DNA of 63,995 nt, counting the filler, from Sluysia triapertura (Eukaryota): NCBI GenBank assembly GCA_046118255.1. It is 5 parts of 5 records of this genome, joined end to end, with 100 filler letters (N's around TTAATTAATTAA, not from the genome) between each part and the next. Parts side by side here need not be neighbours in the genome. Positions count along the whole stretch, not along the records: positions 29,372 to 40,714 come from JBJNIA010185779.1; positions 40,815 to 52,958 come from JBJNIA010134621.1; 3 more parts are not named here. One strand, written 5' to 3'. The notes below the pieces were generated by a model that ran no database searches, was not told the DNA's origin, and saw nothing but the letters and a program-made list of their open reading frames with translations. The position numbers and the translations under genes are program-made. Of this stretch, positions 39,781 through 53,058 are shown in pieces (position 1 is the stretch's first letter; each line of letters starts with the position of its first letter).

Positions 39781-40714
39781 TTAAAGAATTTTAATTTAAC
39801 TACAAATTTTTGTAAATTTAATAATTTTTAATTAGAATGATCCATTAAGAAGATAAACGTGTGAACCAAGTTGAACCATATGTAATTTCTGGAAAATCGC
39901 CATTACATTATAATCATTAGTTTCTAATTTGAGAAATAATAAGTGTTCAATAATTTACAAATTATTTTTTCGCTTCAAGATTATTAGCTGCTAGTCTGGT
40001 AAGTTTTATTCCACAAGGAGGACTTCATTTTAAGTTCTTCTTGCTTTTGAACACTTTTATGTAACTACTGTACCATTTTTTCTTTATCTAGCCTAGTAAT
40101 CTTTAAAATGAAAAATTTTCTTTCATGGATGAATTATTATAGATAAAATAGAACCTTTAAAGTCCTTGTTCTATTTTTTGGTTAATTTGTAAATCAATAA
40201 ATCAATAATTATTTTTTAAAATTATAATCAGATAAAATACATAAAATCAATTTATTTAATAAATTAATAAAAGAAGTACGTCTTTATTTATTATTGACAT
40301 TCATTATAGTACAAAAATATTTTTATAACGAAAATTTTTATGAACCTTTTATTTAATCAATATATAACATGAAAAAATTATTAAGTGGAAATAATAATAA
40401 TAATTTCTAAAATATTTTTCTTAAATTCTTTTGAAATGATTGGAAATTGAAAAATTGTCAGAGCAAGATGTAAGATAAACGGTTATTTAAAATTAAATTT
40501 TATTATTTTGTGAACTTAACAGCTAATATCATTATAAAACAAAATGCTTTCTTATATCTCTGCAGCAAAATTTCTTTAAAATATAAACTGAAACAAGTTT
40601 ATCGTTTTTTAGTCAAATAACTTATTATAATTTTATTAATAGCAGATTTTTAAGGAATAGGTGCCCTAATACAGAGGTTAGCAACAAGACTAATAACAAA
40701 GACAATAGTATAAT

Positions 40715-40814
40715 NNNNNNNNNNNNNNNNNNNNNNNNNNNNNNNNNNNNNNNNNNNNTTAATTAATTAANNNNNNNNNNNNNNNNNNNNNNNNNNNNNN
40801 NNNNNNNNNNNNNN
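40715..40814. other. Artificial contig join
   Basis: N run + TTAATTAATTAA. Confidence 0.97.
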
Positions 40815-41159
40815 ATTGAAATTATTAAGGTTTAAAGTGATCAAGGTAATAATAGTGAGTTTAATATTTAACAAGTTTTAAAGACGCAACAGTAATAATA
40901 GAGTAAAAGTCTTGCCACATCTTGTATTCTTTGTAGCAATACAAGCGCTCGTACTCATTCATCATACACGGAATAGTAATAAGTAGTTTTTTTCTTTTGA
41001 AAGTGTCTCGACCAGGTGTAAAACGTATCTAATTAGTCGAACTGAGACTTACCATATTTTTTGTAAGTGTAAGTATAAGTTTTTAAACAAAACACTTGCA
41101 ATACTTATGTTCATTTTCAATAAAATCAAGATTAGAATTCAAAATTATAACAATAATTT

Positions 41160-42145
41160 ATGAATGCCTACATCATAGAAAGTCGGAAACCAAAATAAAT
41201 CTCATTACGATAAAATAATTTATGCAGTGATGTTTATATCAATGATGTTTCAAGTGTAATCGAATCATATGGTTTTAAATACCATATATACAATTATGTT
41301 AAAATATATTGAATTTGAAATGAATAGCATAGAAAATACTATTCAAAGAACAGAAGAACTAATATCTGAACTAGTTTGGAAATAAATATTTGAAAACCAA
41401 TGATGAAAAGTCAGAATTTTTAATCTTCATTAATAAAAATAGCCACAATGCCAAAATAAACGAAACAAATTAATTGTAGATTGTAAGACAATTAAACTAA
41501 AAGTACAAAATATAGGCCGTTATATAGATTCAAAAATGAACATGGAAGAAAATATTAAGTGTATTGTTAAAAAGTGTAAATATCATTTAAAGAAAATATT
41601 AGAAAATTTATTAATAAAGAAACAGCTAAACTAACTGTTCATTCATTGATAATTAATAACACAGATTTTAACAATTGTATATAGTACTCAATTCATATAG
41701 AAAAGTGAAAAAATTACAATTAATAATTAAACAAGCAGTATGACTAATTTTCTAAGTAGGAAGATCTCATATAACACCTCATCTTAAGGAATTACATTGG
41801 TTGCCAATAAAAGCAAGAATAGTAATCAAAATCATGAGAATAATTTGCAAATCCTTACATTGTGGAAGTCCTGAATCTCTTAGAAATAATAAAAAATTTG
41901 GAAGTCAAGATGAATATTTCATTGGGACATAATAATCTATGCAGAACCCACAGTGATAATAAGCCATGTTATATACCGTTTGTTTCAAAAATGTACACCA
42001 GCTACAAAGAATTACTGGAAGATTATGTTACACTTAATAAAGTGCATAAATCTTTTATATTTCATAAATATTATAGTGAATGATTTATTTTAAGTGCTTT
42101 TGCGATCTTATTTTACGATATATAATAATAATATTATTATTAATT
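41160..42145 (+). mobile_element. Degenerate 3' part of an L2/CR1-clade LINE
   Basis: Decayed YADD at 41221, VQNIGRYIDSKMNMEENI, hallmark HITPHLKELHWLPIKARI (~41768-41821), TAA-rich tail. Confidence 0.8.
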
Positions 42146-42395
42146 AAATTTCGAAAAAATTAAATGTAAACTAAAAGGAGAAAATCTTTATTTCATTGAA
42201 ATACGATATACCTATATTGCAAAAGAATCTTTTGCAATCTATGCATATAAATTATTAATTGTTTAAATTTATTTTAGATATATAGAATTGATCTTAACTT
42301 AATATAAATGGCCATCATTCTTATTGCACTTTATTATTTTAGCATTAATAAATTTATTATGATTCAAATTAATAGTTTATTTTTCAAAATTTAGA

Positions 42396-45300
42396 ATGGA
42401 TCACCTTAAAGAAATGGTTAAGGATTACGCTTTGATGGATGGTATAGTTTATTGAAGTGATTTAAAATTTTTTTATAACTAGGACTTATGTTAAAAACTC
42501 CTGATTTAAAAAGTGTTCAGACAGTGCCTTTAACTTTATTACCTACTCCTTTTCCTAAATCTTTGTATGACTGTGCTGTTCACATCCAAAAAGATTTCCA
42601 ATTTTTATTGAATAAAGTCTCAAGAGATTACGATTTATTAAAATACATTCTGAAACAGTAAGCTTTTTGTAATTTTTATTAATACTATAGTGTTATTGAA
42701 ACAGATGATTTCATAAAAAATTTATGGAACATTTACGAAACGGTAAGGCATGATGGTTCAATTCAGCCAATATTTTTAGGCCTAGTACGTAATGATTATA
42801 TGGTTCATATTCCAGTTGAGTATAAAGGTATTAACCTTGATTTATCTGAGTTATACAATAAACCTGGTGTTACACTCAAGCAAGTTGAATATAATATGAT
42901 TGCGTCGAGCTTTGGCGGTTTGTCTCAAAAAATAACACCATTTCATAATTTAAATATGGCTTTAGTGGGTAAGACTTTTGATGAAAATCAAGTTAGTACA
43001 ATATTTTTTGCATAATTTGTATGTAAATTCATGAATATAATTCATGTATAATATTTCAAGTATAATGGTCATTTATTGATTTTAAGCATAATATTGTATT
43101 ACTGAATGTTTCATACTCTAAGTTCATGAAGTTAATTGCATAATAAATTTATTGGAGTTATTTGAAAATGAGTGTAATTTTGAAACAAAGTATATTTTCG
43201 TCTATATTAATTTAACTTATAATATTAAACAATAAAGAAAAAAGTTCTGCCCGTAAAATTACATTTACACAATTTCTACCCCTCAACAAAAATAATTTTA
43301 AGAAATAAAAATAAATAATTTTAAACATTAAACCAAAATCAATAAACAATTTTTATTGATAAAAATCTCTCAATAATTCTAAAGTTTTTTCAAAACTCTA
43401 TCCTTTAACGTTATCTCTCCACATAAATTCACTTAAATAATTCTCTAAAAATTCTTTTTTCATTATTGTTTTTCATTTTTTGTTTTTAGTCCAATGAGAT
43501 TCTATGTTTTGAGTGTGAATACCTGATTAACGGTATGATGTTCATATTCCAAAACTTCAAGATTATTATAGGCCTTCCATTCATTGCTATGAATAGTGGG
43601 TCCTGGAAGCACTGCTTAAATAGGCTTTAAAGTAGTTGCCCTATTTAGGACCACTTTCATATATCCTTTAGCGTGTACATATGACGTGTCCACAATTCCA
43701 AACACACAAATTTGGTCATTAGGAACTCTATGTCGATCTCTGTTGATTCTTAAAAATTATGTACTTATCACGTCTTAGATATCTTTTAATTACTAAATGT
43801 TTCTTTAGCCTTAATAATAAAAATTTCTGTTAATGCATATCTTTTACATATTTTACGAAAGCTTTATCCAGCAATGAATTTTTATTAATACGTGAAGAGA
43901 AGAAATACTTGGTTTCATTATATAAATAATAAGATAAATTTCATTAATTATGCTTAGATAGAAATTAATAACTCAATAATTTGTATATTTTAATGATAGG
44001 TCACATAATAGAACAACACCAATCTATCTAAACCCTGATAGCCTGTGATTATTTTTATGAATGTTGATCAAATCTTAGATATAAATGATATTGAAGATAG
44101 TGTAAGTATAAACGCATTACTGTCATGAAAATAATTTTTTACTTTTGGATCCATTTGTTAATCTCAGCTTATTGTCAAATAATTATAAGTTAGATGAGTA
44201 TAATACAACAGTGTTGTACAAAAATAATCAATTCATTATAAAATGAAAAGGCATCATTAATTCAATCTAATAATAATGATAATAATAATATTAATAATAA
44301 TAATAATTATAATAATCACAATAAATTAATAATTAAATTACTTTTCGCTATTTTACGTCAACGTAAAAAGTTTCCATTTTGTTGATTATAAAAATACTAC
44401 TAAAATTAGTAGTAGACCACAAATGATTTTTCAAGATATTCTATCACACAACTATTTTTCGAGTACAATTTTTAGTTTAACACAACAGAAAGTATGGCTT
44501 CCATTCCTAAGTTACCAATAACCGAAAGCAACGGCAAAGTTGATCAGGATCGAATGCTGAATTCTTTAATAGAAAAAGTTGATGAAGTACAGAGTAACAC
44601 TAATAAATTGAATGAGCAAGTTAGTGAAGAAATACTAGAATAATGTGTTAACCTAATAAGGTCCATTCCGAGTTTCTGGATCAATGCTTTTAGTAATCAT
44701 CAGCAGTTAATGATATTGATTACTCAGCTGGACGAGTATTTACTACAAACTTTATTTAGCCTTGATGTCGATGAATTTGATGATATTATGATATTATGTT
44801 AACATTTTATCCAAATGATTACTTACTGATGCTATTATTACTAAATCTATAAATGTTGGTGAGTTAGAAATTAAAGCAACTTGTGATGAAGTGGTATGTG
44901 AAGATGAAAAAAAATTACATTAAAACCATGAATGAGTCAGTTCATAAAGTTGGTTCTGGCAACAAAACCTTTAAAAAACTTGTAAAACTTAATATAAAAC
45001 TTATATAAAACTTGAGGTAGTTTATAACGTTTTATAATTTTGTTTACAATATTTTTAGGTTTAAAAGACTTATAAAACTTAACCCAAACAATACTATTAA
45101 ATTAACTAGTGAATTTATATTAATCAAACTAGGAACTAAAATAAAAAGGTAAGAAACATACGTGCATAAGTCATATAACATATTAAAAGCTACAGTTGTG
45201 CCATAATTCTATCACATACGATTGATATACCAACGTAGGTGAAATAACGTAAAATTAATAAGATTAACAAATTAATAAAATTAATCGTTAATCTAACATA

Positions 45301-48300
45301 ACTTTCAATAGAATCAATAAGTCACTTTTCGAACAAGTTTTAATAGTTAACTGTTGTTCACGAATAACATTTAATCTTATCCATTTTTTTTGTAAAATTC
45401 GATGTTTGTTTCCTATTTAAGATATTTCTCCTTTACTCCAATTCGTAGCTAACAAAGTCAGAACTTTGAACCTCATTTGATTTAATTGCTCCTTTAGGAA
45501 ATACTATATAGAACTTTAAATTAGGTTGAAGCGTTAATAACAATATTTGACATTTAACAAAAATAATATCATTTTTATGACGATTTCTTTTATATTTACT
45601 TAATGATGTTAAATCATTCATAGATAATATTGCTTTTTTGATGATAGATGAGATTAACGACAAATTTGTACATTAAACTAAAATCATCTGTAAAATTCTT
45701 TTGATCATCAGGTAACCATACTAGTAAACTTGAAAACTCTACTAATTCATCAATAACTTCAAATTTTTGATAAGTACGTTCATCATTTTCTTCAAGTACA
45801 TTGAACATCAGAGAGCTATCATTCTTATAAGGTAGTGAAGTTCCATTTTTAGTGTTGTCCATAGCACTCATTAATTTTTATTGCCATGTAACAATTTACC
45901 TAACAATTTTTAATTGATTTCTTTTTAGATAATTTATAATTTTAATATTTAATATAATAATAACATAAAAAATAAAAATAATAATAAATTTCAAAATTTG
46001 TTTGTATGAAGAAATATTCTTTGATTACTTTATCTAACTTGTGTTAACCTTCAAATAAATGCTTAGATAACGTTCTGCGAAGAGTTTCATCTTTTAATAT
46101 AGGATCTTCAGTTATTCTAACTTTATCAGTCAAATACTTACTGAAATACTTTTCAAAATGATTAATCCTCAGCTTTTTCAGTTTATTCCCATCACCTAGA
46201 AAAGTTGTGCAATTTTCTGGGAACTCAGTATTCTTTTATCTCGGAAGAATTCAGACACTAAATTTTGAATTTCAAAGTAATCAGGAAAGTGTTTATTGTG
46301 ACCAAATTTTTCAATCCGACGATTAAGCTCAATTTGGGGTAGTTCATTGTATGTAAATTTTCTGTAATATTTATGACCTAGAGAACTTTTTTGTTTTTTT
46401 AATTTTTTAATATTTTTCAAAATTATTACACAATGGCTCTTCAATTTATCAAGATGGAAATAAGAACTACATTCATCATCTAAATTATCTAATGTTAATT
46501 CTTCCTCTTCTCTTATTTCAACTTCTCTTTGCGTGTCAAATAATAATTTTTCAGTTTTTCGATTCTTTTCTGAATTTTATTAGGCATTTCATTTGACGAT
46601 TTATTCGCATTAGAAATTGGAGTTAAACTAGGTTTCGAAGTTTTAGTTGTTTCTAAAGTCGTTTTAGATAAGTCACTAATGACATCTAAAGAAGTTCTTG
46701 AAATCTTATCAAATGGCTCCGATTTTGATTTAATTTCTGTTTCTGTTTTGTGTGATAGACGCTTAAATAAATTTTCTGATTCGAGTATGTCTCTCAGGCA
46801 ACAAAAGACGATTATTTGTTGTGATATAAATTTTCTTGGTGTGGATTTGGATTTCTTGTGAGTATTAACTTGGTAAGAGGGAAGTGAGAATGAAGAAAAG
46901 AGTTGTAATCGAGAATTATGGATAATTTTCCATACATTTAATAAATAATGCTTAATATATGTGTATATGCAACTTGAAAAGGATGTTTTGAAGATGAAGG
47001 ATACATTGAAGATGCTATTGAATTTCGAATTGTCCAAGATTAGTTGAGTGTAAATAATGAAGAGATGATTTTTAACTACCAACAAGTTGAAAATCCGTAG
47101 TTAATGAATTTGACAGTACCACGCCAGTTAGGTATTTTTATAGATGAAAAGTAAAAATGATTGATAAGTTGTTGTAAATAATGATTTATCTTAAGCGATT
47201 TTGAGTAATAAAATGAAGTAAAAATGGCAGAAATAATTATAAGAATAGTGATGAAATGCGAGGAACAATAAAAAATATATACATAAAGAGGAAGGGAAAA
47301 CATTGCAAAAACAATGTAACGACATTAGCTATTATAGTAACAATCAGAATTATTATAACAATAGTAGTTATTATCATGATAATAGGTATTATTATTGTGG
47401 TGATAATAATAATTGTAAAATTATTATAGTTATAAATTATTATACCTATTTTTATGTTCTGTATGAATTTGTTTATGTAAAAAGTGTTGATTTGTGATGA
47501 ATGTGTTTATGATTGTAATGTGTCGATTTAGAGTTCAGTTGAAAATGCAAAAGTACAGAGGACTGTACTTAAAATACGCAGGACAAGAAAAATTTCTGGT
47601 TACCAAGCTTAATTGTTAGCTTGTATAAATTAATTGATTCGTTCATTTTGTATGCAATAAATTTGGATTCTTACACCTCATAAGTTTGCACTTACTATTT
47701 GCAAATATAACGAATGAATAATTTTTTAATTTGCATACTGTTTTAGTTTCCATTGATTAAATTTTAAATGACTAATGTCACCTGAAATGTAACCTTTGTA
47801 ATTAATGTTTGTTAGCATGACAAAAATGACAAAATGATTTCTTTGTACCTATTTATATACATAAATTTTTCAACCCACACACATTAACAAAAAAATGACA
47901 AAACTCACGCGTATAAAATTTTTTGTATAATAAAAATGCAAACTGATAAAATTTGTGCATCATTTTTGTATACAATGTCTCATATACAATTTTATTAAAA
48001 TCGCCTGGTGTTTCTAAATTATCCGGCCTACTAAATCCGACCATCATTCCAAAATTGTCATCCAATTGTAAACGAAATTTTTCGTCCGACACTGATACTT
48101 TAGATCAGAATTAGATAATCTAATCAGTTCATTTATGAAAGATTAAACACCAATGTACAAAAAACCTAGAATGTTTAACTCATAAGAAATGTATTTTTAC
48201 AGGAAGATAAAATTTACAAATTTAAATCACGTGTAGTTTGGTCGCATTTTATTAGAAATAAGTAAAGATGTCACATAATTAAATGAAATGCTCAACAAAT

Positions 48301-49703
48301 TCAATTCACCAAATGTAATTCCATAATTTCTTATATAAAAGTTAATGATAAAACTAATGTTCTGAATGTTACAAAAATGATAGGAAGTATTTGATCAACG
48401 ATAATAATAATAATACTGCATTAGTGTCAGAATTACTGGTATGAAGAAAGATAAAAGTTGTTCATAAACACATTGATTTGGTACGTTTAGGCAATTATGT
48501 ATTTCAATTTTTAGTATTTTGCGTTAATAATATATATTTGTTACTGAAAATTGTTTTTATTTATTTAGAGTTGTAGGCATACAAATAATATATACGATAA
48601 TATACAAATAATACATCGTTCCTTTTTAAAATCTATCCAATTTATTAACACAAAATGAAAATTAATACTCTAACCAATCAAAACTCTCAACCAATAGGCA
48701 GCATTCAGCTACAAATTAACAAAATCTAAATCTAATATACTCAATCTAACCAATACAAAACACTCAATCAATCGGAACGATCAGCACGAGTAAATCAAGT
48801 ATATCCAACCCTTCCCTTCTACTATGTTCGAACATGAAATATATTTGTGTTATAAATAGTTTTGTGCTCCTAAATTAATTTTAATGATTATTTAATCTGA
48901 TATTGATTATATTACTTTATTTTGAACTTACTACCAATTGTAGTGAAGTTGAGGTCAAATAACGCAAGAAAAATATATAATAAATGTTAACGTTTTCATT
49001 TTAAATTTTTTTATAGATTCCCTTTTGGAACATTTATATCTGTACTGATTTGTGCCTATAGTTCCAGAAGTGTAACAAAATTTTAATCTGGCATTTTGAG
49101 AAAAGTTCTTAGTGTTTAGTGCTTAAATATTTATTACTCATTTCTTGACAAAAATGTTAAATTTGTACAAAAGCTCCGACAAAATTGGGTTAATGTATTT
49201 AGTGACTTAATTATTATAAGTGTAATATTGATCATTTTAAACTGATTTTAAAAGAGTTGCTTTTATCAATAAAATTTATTTAAGGTAATACTCGTTACAA
49301 AATAAAACACTGCAAAATGAAGTATGTAATGTTGTACTATTCTGAATGAAAATAAATATTTTAATTAATATTTTTATTCTGCTATTCAGTGAAAATAATA
49401 TATTTAATGAAAATAATTTTTATAATACATATTTAGATAATAATTTGGTTAATGTTTTAAATAGATTCCAATAAATAAGCCAGCAGATGGTTTGGCAAAG
49501 GGTTTATTATGTGCTTGGAAAAAGTATCACCAAGAAGAAGCTGCAATTTTGTTTATCGTTTCATCAGAAGAAAGGAATGTGTTTGATCAACGGTTTCTTG
49601 AACGTTGTATTTATTTACAAAACCCTCAAGTTCGAGTTTTATTTCGCACATTTGAATACTGTTATGATCATGGAAAATTAGATGAAAATAAAATATTAAA
49701 GAT
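42396..49703 (+). CDS. GSS: Glutathione synthetase, 5' part: exons 42396-42441, 42483-42657, 42691-42991, 49465-49703; 3' exons not found in the window
   Basis: Phase-compatible GT-AG introns of 41, 33 and 6473 nt; PLTLLPTPFP, DDFIKNLW, LGLVRNDYM, LKQVEYNMIASSFGGL, EERNVFDQRFLE are eukaryotic GSS motifs. Confidence 0.95.
43400..44000 (-). mobile_element. Merlin (IS1016/ISXO2-like) transposase remnant in GSS intron 3
   Basis: Minus-strand DQICVFGIVD, HSNEWKAYNN, EHHTVN, GIHTQNIESHW in correct order. Confidence 0.8.
44494..44925 (+). pseudogene. SET: SET/TAF-I (NAP-family histone chaperone) intronless pseudogene
   Basis: MASIPK...IEKVDEVQSNTNKLNEQVSEEILE* then in frame LIRSIPSFWINAFSNHQQL...LDVDEFDDI; stop at 44641, internal deletion, later frameshifts. 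Confidence 0.88.
45433..45871 (-). pseudogene. Unidentified frameshifted ORF between the SET and DAXX remnants
   Basis: Overlapping ORFs 45614-45871 and 45433-45663 with protein-like composition; no family recognised. Confidence 0.35.
46005..46850 (-). pseudogene. DAXX: DAXX-like pseudogene (histone H3.3/H4-binding domain)
   Basis: Rebuilt across frameshifts near 46550 and 46195: KRIEKL/KLLFDTQREVEIREEEELTLDNLDDECSSYFHLDKLK...SSLG...ELNRRIEKF...FPDYFEI.../GNKLKKLR...YLTD...EDPILKDETLRRTL...*HKLDKVIKEY, collinear with DAXX ELDDPDSAY/EVNRRIE/FPDY/HLTD/DPALSD/RLDEVISKY. Confidence 0.85.
48539..49077 (+). mobile_element. Solo LTR (~539 bp)
   Basis: TGTTAC...GTAACA termini, imperfect 5-bp TSD atatt/aaatt, several CCAAT boxes at 48670-48775, TATAAA near 48852, AATAAA near 48979. 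Confidence 0.65.
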
Positions 49704-52700
49704 GTTTGTAATTTTTTCATATATTTATACTTATTTTAAATTTTCTCAAATCTCTATTATCGAGTCTTCTTTTAGGATCCACAAGATCTTTTTTCATTTT
49801 TTAAAAACTTGTACATTTATCTATACAAGTATCTCTATTTCTTTCTTGCGTAAATATTTTTCTTCTAATCTTATTAATTTTTGTGGGTCATCGGGGCACC
49901 AATTTATTTTGAATTTTAAATTTAAAAGTTCAAATTTTTAATATTATTCTTAGTTAAAGTGCATGATTTTTGCAACCCCTTTCTATTTCTATAAAATAAT
50001 AAGGAGCTTATATTTTCAATAATAAGAGAAATTAGGAGCAAATCGTATTTATCAGCAATAATAAGTCCAAACAAACCTATGATTACTTCGACAATCACTA
50101 ACTATTGATTTGATAACGAGTTTGAATTCATTTGTGCTACTAATTAAATCTGATGTTTCCAGTTTAAGATTACAGGTGTCTAACTATCATCACAAAAAAT
50201 TGTTTCACCATTTGTAATTTTATAATTTTAACATCTAAATTTTATATTTTCTGATTTTACAGTTTTATCACTACATTTAACACCTTTGGAAGTACGACTT
50301 CTGCTGAAACTGACATTAATGTTTGTGTAAAATATTGTATTTTTATTTTTTAATGTATTGTGTTTGATTTCAAGTCTTAATAGATTTTGGACTTTAATTC
50401 TTCCCAAAATTTTTTCTTTAAAGCCCCATTACTGATAATGTAAAACATTTTACTGCAATGAAAAATTTTCAACTTAAGTGTATGAATAAAATTTATATAA
50501 CTTTATTCTTTCTCGTAAAACTTGTAACTTTTATAGTAATTTTTTAATTGTTTGTAGCTATCCTAAGCTTTAACTTTATATCTCTTTATTTACTTAATTC
50601 CTTTTATATAGATTACTCAGAGCTTATTCTCTATAATTTTGTTACCTGCTGAGCTCTAGAATCTACATATTAATTGAATAACTCTTTATATAATTCGTTT
50701 ACTTTTTATCAGTTTCTTTCTTAACTAAAATTAAATTCTCTTTGTAATTTTAGTCTAAATGTATAGGAACTTCTCACTTAAATTATTCAATGTATCTTTT
50801 ATAAGTTTAATTTGGGTATTTTAAAATCTTCAATCCTCGATAACTAATTAAGCCTTTAGGTCTTTATTAAATCAAAACCTCTTGTCTATCTGTAAATATC
50901 TATCAAGTAACTCACTATCAAATCTTTAAAATCTTGTTTTTCAATTCCTTATAAACGTTATATTTAAAAGTTATACAATAAATACAGTTATAATTACAAA
51001 TACAACAAAATTTCATAACATACAAAAAATTTTATCAAACATTAATCATAGTAGTTCATTTTATAAAAGGTTTAATGATTAAATCTTATACAGAAATTTA
51101 AATAATTAATATTTCACTTACGTGTGTAAATCAAAATTGTCTTTTAAATAATAATAGATACACCAGTTCTTCGGTTAATCTCGAGTTTTCTGATGTCGTT
51201 ATTCAAATAAACATTGGTGATTAGTTCTATTAGATATCAATTTTAGAATAAATAGATGAATATTTATTTTTTATTATTCTTAGATGTATTAATTTTATAG
51301 TATTACTTATAAATTTCAGTTAATATATAATCATTAAATTCCAGTTAAATTTTGTTTATTAAAATATATCTACATATTTTTTATTAATAGTATGTGTACA
51401 TGGTTTGTGAGTTATTAAATTATTGTTTCTATTTTATGTAATTAAACATAAATTATACTATTTACAAGATTTAGAAAATTACTATTAAAATTTGTCATTC
51501 AACATTTATTAATCTAGTAGTATTAATTAAACATATGCATCATCCAATACTACTATTTACAAAATTTTAGAAAATTAAAATTTATCATTCAGTATTAATT
51601 ATTTCTATTTATTTATCATATCAAAATTTTACTGATCACTCATAAGTTTAATAATTAATTATTCAAATAACAATTAAATCACTTTTATTTCATATCTAGT
51701 AAAATTAATTAATATATTTAGCGAGTTTTTATTCATTTATCAGTAATTTATTTATTACCAAAATTTCATTAAAATATTTCATAAACATTCTTTAACCGCA
51801 TTTATTAAAGCATTAATCACATTCATCAAAAAATGTATTAAAAATATTTATTTACATTCGTTTATAAAAGCATTAGTATCTCTAGACCGCTTGAAACTTA
51901 AAATCTATTATAAGCTTCAAATTTAGTTTAAGGCTTTTCATTTCAATTATTAACTTAAAAATAAGCTTACGGGTGCTTATTAAATGCACAAAATAAAAAA
52001 GTAAAGTAATACGATAAATTGATAAACAAAACGCAGTTTGTAATTACAGTTTGTAAACTGGTCGCCTTTATTTCATCTTTCTGTTGCCAACATTTCAAAT
52101 GAACTATATGATTAAAAATTTCACCATTTTCCAGGATTAATCTTCTAACATTTAAATAATATTCCTGATTTGATATCTAAGAGTTTTTACAATATATCTA
52201 CACTATTTTTCATCGTAATCCACCAAACGGAACAATACTTTCAGCAGTGTATCAGTTTACCAATATAAATCTTCATACAGCTGATACTACTGAAAACAAG
52301 ACCATCTTTAATGATAAAATTCAAAATTTTGATAAAGCAAATTTCAAATCTGTGAAGTATATTCGGGTTGTTTGATTGATTCATTGATACATGTAGCTGT
52401 TATTGATAATACTTCTTACAGAAGACTATCAGAAGCATCGAAAGCAAAGGCTCCGGTATGGTCATTTAATTAGTTAGTGCTAGACTCTTGGCTTTTTCCC
52501 GATGAATGTAATCGATCATTACTTTTTGTTTTTGAATTCATTACCTTTACATTTACGGTATAAAACGCGGTACAGGAAACGAGGATGAACATTAAGTTGT
52601 TTTCTGATTATCAACAATCTTCTAATAACGATCGTACAATTTATCGAGAATTAGCATTAGAAGTTTCATTTTCATTCGGATCCAACCACTTTTTAATTTT

Positions 52701-52917
52701 ACCACATCCAATATCATTTTCGAAATCGAAGTTGACTTATTTTTTTTTATTATTACTTTTATTATTTTTAAATTATTTTTCTTTTTAATAAAAATAATTA
52801 ATAAAAATATTTAAAATAGTAATGAAGGTAATAAAATTAACATCAATATAGCAAAGAAATATAATATAATAATAATAATAATTATAATAATAATAACAAT
52901 AATAGTAATAGTAATAG

Positions 52918-52950
<33 letters not shown>

Positions 52951-52958
52951 GAATAATG

Positions 52959-53058
52959 NNNNNNNNNNNNNNNNNNNNNNNNNNNNNNNNNNNNNNNNNN
53001 NNTTAATTAATTAANNNNNNNNNNNNNNNNNNNNNNNNNNNNNNNNNNNNNNNNNNNN
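52959..53058. other. Artificial contig join
   Basis: N run + TTAATTAATTAA. Confidence 0.97.

Noticed and set aside
49704-49941. Hydrophobic C-terminal extension of the GSS ORF
   Set aside because: Read-through into the intron past the GT donor.
18128-53058. Palindromic TTAATTAATTAA recurring roughly every 11-12 kb
   Set aside because: Always centred in N runs; an artificial six-frame stop linker, not biology.
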